DNA of 64,000 nucleotides, from contig JAGAHV010000159.1 of NCBI GenBank assembly GCA_017626895.1, positions 36,567 through 100,566 on the forward strand, given 5' to 3'. Each line of letters opens with the position of its first letter. Position 1 is the first letter of the stretch. Made by a program: the position numbers and the translations under genes. Under the pieces are notes generated by a model, which worked only from the letters and a program-made list of their open reading frames with translations, was not told where the DNA came from and searched no databases. The DNA is from Clostridia bacterium. GTDB taxonomy: Bacteria > Bacillota > Clostridia > Christensenellales > Aristaeellaceae. Below are positions 61,105 to 64,000 of the stretch, one piece after another.

Positions 61105-64000
61105 AATCGCGGATGAGCTTCTCAAGTGTTTTATACAGCACCTCCGGTTCCACCGGCTTTGTCAGATGTGCATTCAGTCCCGCCTGCATGCTGCGTTTCA
61201 CATCCTCGTCAAACGCATTGGCTGTCAGTGCGATGATGGGAATGGTTTCGGCATCCGGCCGTCCCGATGTGCGGATGGTTCGGGTGGCCTCAAGTCCGTC
61301 CATTTCCGGCATCCGCATGTCCATGAGGATGGCATCATAATATCCGGCCTCGTGCTGCTCATACAGTTCTACCGCAATCCGGCCGTTTTCTGCGCGATCT
61401 GCCTCCATGCCCCGCATGTTGAGCACCATGATCATGATTTCCGCATTGACCTCAACGTCCTCCGCCAGCAGGATCCGCCGTCCTTTCAGTTCAGCAGGTT
61501 TCCGGTTCATCATCTCCCGCTTTCGCATAAAGGCCCTTCGGAACTCCGTCAGAACCTTCCCAAGCGACAGCGGTTTGCTGATGACGGCATCTATCCCCGC
61601 CGGATTCGCCTGATCCCCCATTTCCTCCGGGCTTCGGGCTGTGAGCAGGATCAGGATCGACTCCTCTTCTGCTGCCTCATGGATCTTTCGGGCAAATATC
61701 ACGCTATCGCCGGACAGGTCATGGTCCACCAGAATCAGGCTGTAAGGCTCCCGTCTGGCATGACGCAGCCGGACCATTTCCATTCCTTCTGATGAGGAAC
61801 CCGCCTTTTCGCAGGTAATGCCTGCCTGACTCAGTATCTGCAGTGCCTGCTCGCAGGACTCGGGATCATCATCCACCAGCAGAACGTCCATCTCCTCCAG
61901 GCGGGGCAGTCCATGCCCGTCTGCGTCACTGTTCCGGTCCGAATCCCGCAGTGTCAGCGTCACGGTAAACGTGGTTCCGACATTCTTCTCGCTCTCCACG
62001 TCGATCTGACCGTCCATCAGCTCCACGATGTTTTTGGTAATCGGCATTCCAAGCCCCGTGCTGCCGGTTCTGTTGGTAAGGGAGGTTTCCTCCTGGGAGA
62101 ACGGCTCAAAGATTTTCGACAGGAATTCCCTGCTCATTCCGTGCCCCGTATCCCGCACCGTAAAGCGCAGTGTGGATCTTTCGTCCATTCGTGCCACACG
62201 CTCCACCGTGAACGTCACGGTCCCATCCCGGGGAGTAAACTTTACCGCGTTTCCGAGAATGTTGATCAGGACCTGCCGCAGTTTCATGGCATCGCCAATA
62301 TAGTACTCGTCGACCTCCCCGGAAATCAGGAAGTCATAAACAACTCCCTTCTCTCTGCACTGACCGCTGATAATGGTATTCACCTGCTCCAGTGTCTCCG
62401 CCAGGGAAAATTCTTCGCTGCGAACGGACATTCGCCCGGATTCGATCCGGCTCATATCCAAAATGTCATTGATAATGCCCAGCAGATGCCTGGCCGAACT
62501 CCCGATCTTTTCCAGATACGTCCGTGTCGTCTTTGAAATGCCTTTCTCATTGAGCGCCAGATTGTCAAGGCCGATGATGGCATTCATGGGTGTCCGGATC
62601 TCATGGCTCATATTGGAAAGGAAGATGGTTTTCGCCCGGTTGGCCTCCTCTGCCGCTGCAAGTGCTTCAGCCAGCACCTTCTGCCGGTCGATTTCCTTCC
62701 TCGTTTCCTCATCCACATCCAGAAAGCCCGCACTGACTGTATGAACGACCTGTTTCCCTGCTTCCTCCGAATACTGGATCCCCGCATAGCGCAGAATTTC
62801 ATACGCTTCCCGGTCCTGAACACGGATGATAAACCGATGCGAGATCACCGTTTCTTTTTCCAGTCTTGCCCTCAGATTGTCAATCCGGATAAAGTCCAGA
62901 AATGCCTGCTGGTCCTCCTCCTTCACGTGTCTACTCGCATACCGCTCCGATGCTTCTGAATAGACAAACCGCTCTCCGGTTTTGAGACTGGACATTCCGT
63001 CTTTGCCCTGATAGCAGATTCCCGAATCCCTGTCCAGATCAATATAAAAGATGGCATGATAATCAGATGCCAGCGCGTTGATCAGGCTGTCCTGCTCTTT
63101 TCGCTGCCTGTCCTGCTCCAGCAGCTGCTCCTTAAGGGCAAGCCGCCGCTCCATCTCCTCCTGTTTCGCCCGGTTTTCCGCCTCAGCCATCTCGCTCTTT
63201 CGTCTGCTTTCCCGGCTGCGGATCATGGAACATTCAATATAGGTCAGAACCGCCAGAAATACAGCGGTTCCAAGCACCCATGGAAGCATCCGCCGAAATC
63301 CACTCCATTGATCCTTTTCCTCAACCGTCAGATACCAGGTTTCATTCGGTGCATTGATTGCAATCTGGATGTCCCGGTTTCGTATTTCTCCATCGCTGAA
63401 AATAAAGCCGTTTTCATCCGTCAGGATCCCTTCCGTATTTTCCTTCCAGACCGCATAATGATATAAATTCCCGTGGTCTTCAGCCCTGATCGTCTGAACA
63501 AAGCGATCCCAGTCCATGACAAGGATTGCCAGACCAATAAACTGATCCTCTTTCGAATAAATCGGATACCGGACAATAAACCCCGTTCCCCCTTCAATCA
63601 GGGCGTGCGGGCCGGCAACAGTTGCCTTTTTTGACTCAATGGCCAGTCGAGTCGCCGGTCCCTGTTCAGGACTTTCCGCCGGTTTAAAGCCGATGGTCGC
63701 CTCATTCACGGACTGGGGATAGGCCATCTGGATAATACCGTTCGGTGCGATATACAGAGAGCCCACCGTACTGTCTCTTTCCATGATGTGCTGACAGATT
63801 CGTGGAAATGATGGTGCAAAGTCTTCCCCATATTCCACATACTGATCTCCCAGTGATTCAACAATGCTGACATACTGATTCAGGAGCAGTTCGATATTGG
63901 TGGCTATCGTTGCACCGTAATTTTCCGCCTCATACTTCCGGTTTTTCATTACCTCATTGGCAATCGTCATGAGTAAAACCACAGCAATAACCAGCTCAAT
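61103..64000 (-). CDS. Hybrid sensor histidine kinase with a periplasmic-type sensor domain, PAS-like region, HisKA, HATPase_c and two receiver domains. The N-terminus lies beyond the window end.
   Basis: This is ORF 61103-63982, but the frame stays open to 64000 (IELVIAVVLLMTIA, a TM helix). The H-box is FLSNMSHEIRTPMNAIIG. The kinase motifs are NAVKFT, VRDTGHGM and GSTGLGM. The two receiver domains are VLLVDDD...LILVDHDL and ILLAEDVEVN...ILMDMRMPEMDG. Confidence 0.85.
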   Translation of the reverse strand: MELVIAVVLLMTIANEVMKNRKYEAENYGATIATNIELLLNQYVSIVESLGDQYVEYGEDFAPSFPRICQHIMERDSTVGSLYIAPNGIIQMAYPQSVNEATIGFKPAESPEQGPATRLAIESKKATVAGPHALIEGGTGFIVRYPIYSKEDQFIGLAILVMDWDRFVQTIRAEDHGNLYHYAVWKENTEGILTDENGFIFSDGEIRNRDIQIAINAPNETWYLTVEEKDQWSGFRRMLPWVLGTAVFLAVLTYIECSMIRSRESRRKSEMAEAENRAKQEEMERRLALKEQLLEQDRQRKEQDSLINALASDYHAIFYIDLDRDSGICYQGKDGMSSLKTGERFVYSEASERYASRHVKEEDQQAFLDFIRIDNLRARLEKETVISHRFIIRVQDREAYEILRYAGIQYSEEAGKQVVHTVSAGFLDVDEETRKEIDRQKVLAEALAAAEEANRAKTIFLSNMSHEIRTPMNAIIGLDNLALNEKGISKTTRTYLEKIGSSARHLLGIINDILDMSRIESGRMSVRSEEFSLAETLEQVNTIISGQCREKGVVYDFLISGEVDEYYIGDAMKLRQVLINILGNAVKFTPRDGTVTFTVERVARMDERSTLRFTVRDTGHGMSREFLSKIFEPFSQEETSLTNRTGSTGLGMPITKNIVELMDGQIDVESEKNVGTTFTVTLTLRDSDRNSDADGHGLPRLEEMDVLLVDDDPESCEQALQILSQAGITCEKAGSSSEGMEMVRLRHARREPYSLILVDHDLSGDSVIFARKIHEAAEEESILILLTARSPEEMGDQANPAGIDAVISKPLSLGKVLTEFRRAFMRKREMMNRKPAELKGRRILLAEDVEVNAEIMIMVLNMRGMEADRAENGRIAVELYEQHEAGYYDAILMDMRMPEMDGLEATRTIRTSGRPDAETIPIIALTANAFDEDVKRSMQAGLNAHLTKPVEPEVLYKTLEKLIRD

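Overview
This is a 64-kb chromosomal-looking segment. It appears to come from a moderately GC-rich Firmicutes/Clostridia-type anaerobe. That is inferred from AGGAGG-type RBSs, TTGACA-17-TATAAT promoters, rho-independent terminators and gene content; the taxon cannot be fixed without a database search. I can support about 50 protein genes, 1 frameshifted pseudogene and 2 adjacent tRNA-Ser genes. I found no rRNA, no CRISPR array and no transposase, integrase or phage genes. Many long ORFs in the track are antisense shadows of real genes, which is typical for this GC content. Gene content from left to right is as follows. (1) The N-terminus of an exported FMN_bind/FAD reductase, cut by the window edge. 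(2) A decayed copy and an intact copy of an AAA-ATPase-like/PD-(D/E)xK gene. (3) LysR plus a sugar-type ABC importer, followed by an alpha/beta hydrolase, a xylose-isomerase-like TIM barrel and a Gfo/Idh/MocA oxidoreductase. (4) A secreted PIG-L deacetylase, acyP, aroK, a SLOG(YpsA-like)-HTH fusion, an M29 aminopeptidase and a polytopic HExxH membrane protein. (5) malQ plus two GH36-type alpha-galactosidases. (6) An Sfp-type PPTase, a secreted protein with two copies of a DUF6273-like module, and an M13 peptidase. (7) A TetR/methyltransferase/ATC-hydrolase operon, a signal-peptide-bearing MTA/SAH nucleosidase and tRNA-Ser x2. (8) YitT, nnr, acpS, birA and an aquaporin. (9) A MoxR/DUF58/transglutaminase operon. 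(10) Two esterases plus an ATP-grasp enzyme, then an AKR-ferredoxin fusion. (11) A TIR/TM/2x DUF6273-like protein. (12) tcdA, a NahK-like kinase and a second sugar ABC importer whose permease carries an N-terminal extension. (13) A GGDEF-EAL protein, a small methyltransferase, a PHP phosphoesterase and a hybrid histidine kinase that runs off the right edge. The most interesting items are these. (a) The single-pass membrane protein with a cytoplasmic TIR domain and an extracellular repeat ectodomain (48673-50985), whose ectodomain is shared with the secreted protein at 25880-27964. (b) An unclassified family of about 65-nt intergenic hairpin repeats with at least nine copies, three times as tandem pairs. 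(c) The SLOG-HTH fusion. (d) An exported MTA/SAH nucleosidase. (e) A candidate oxidative (3-keto type) glycoside or cyclitol utilisation cluster. All functional calls rest on motif recognition by eye and need HMM/BLAST confirmation.
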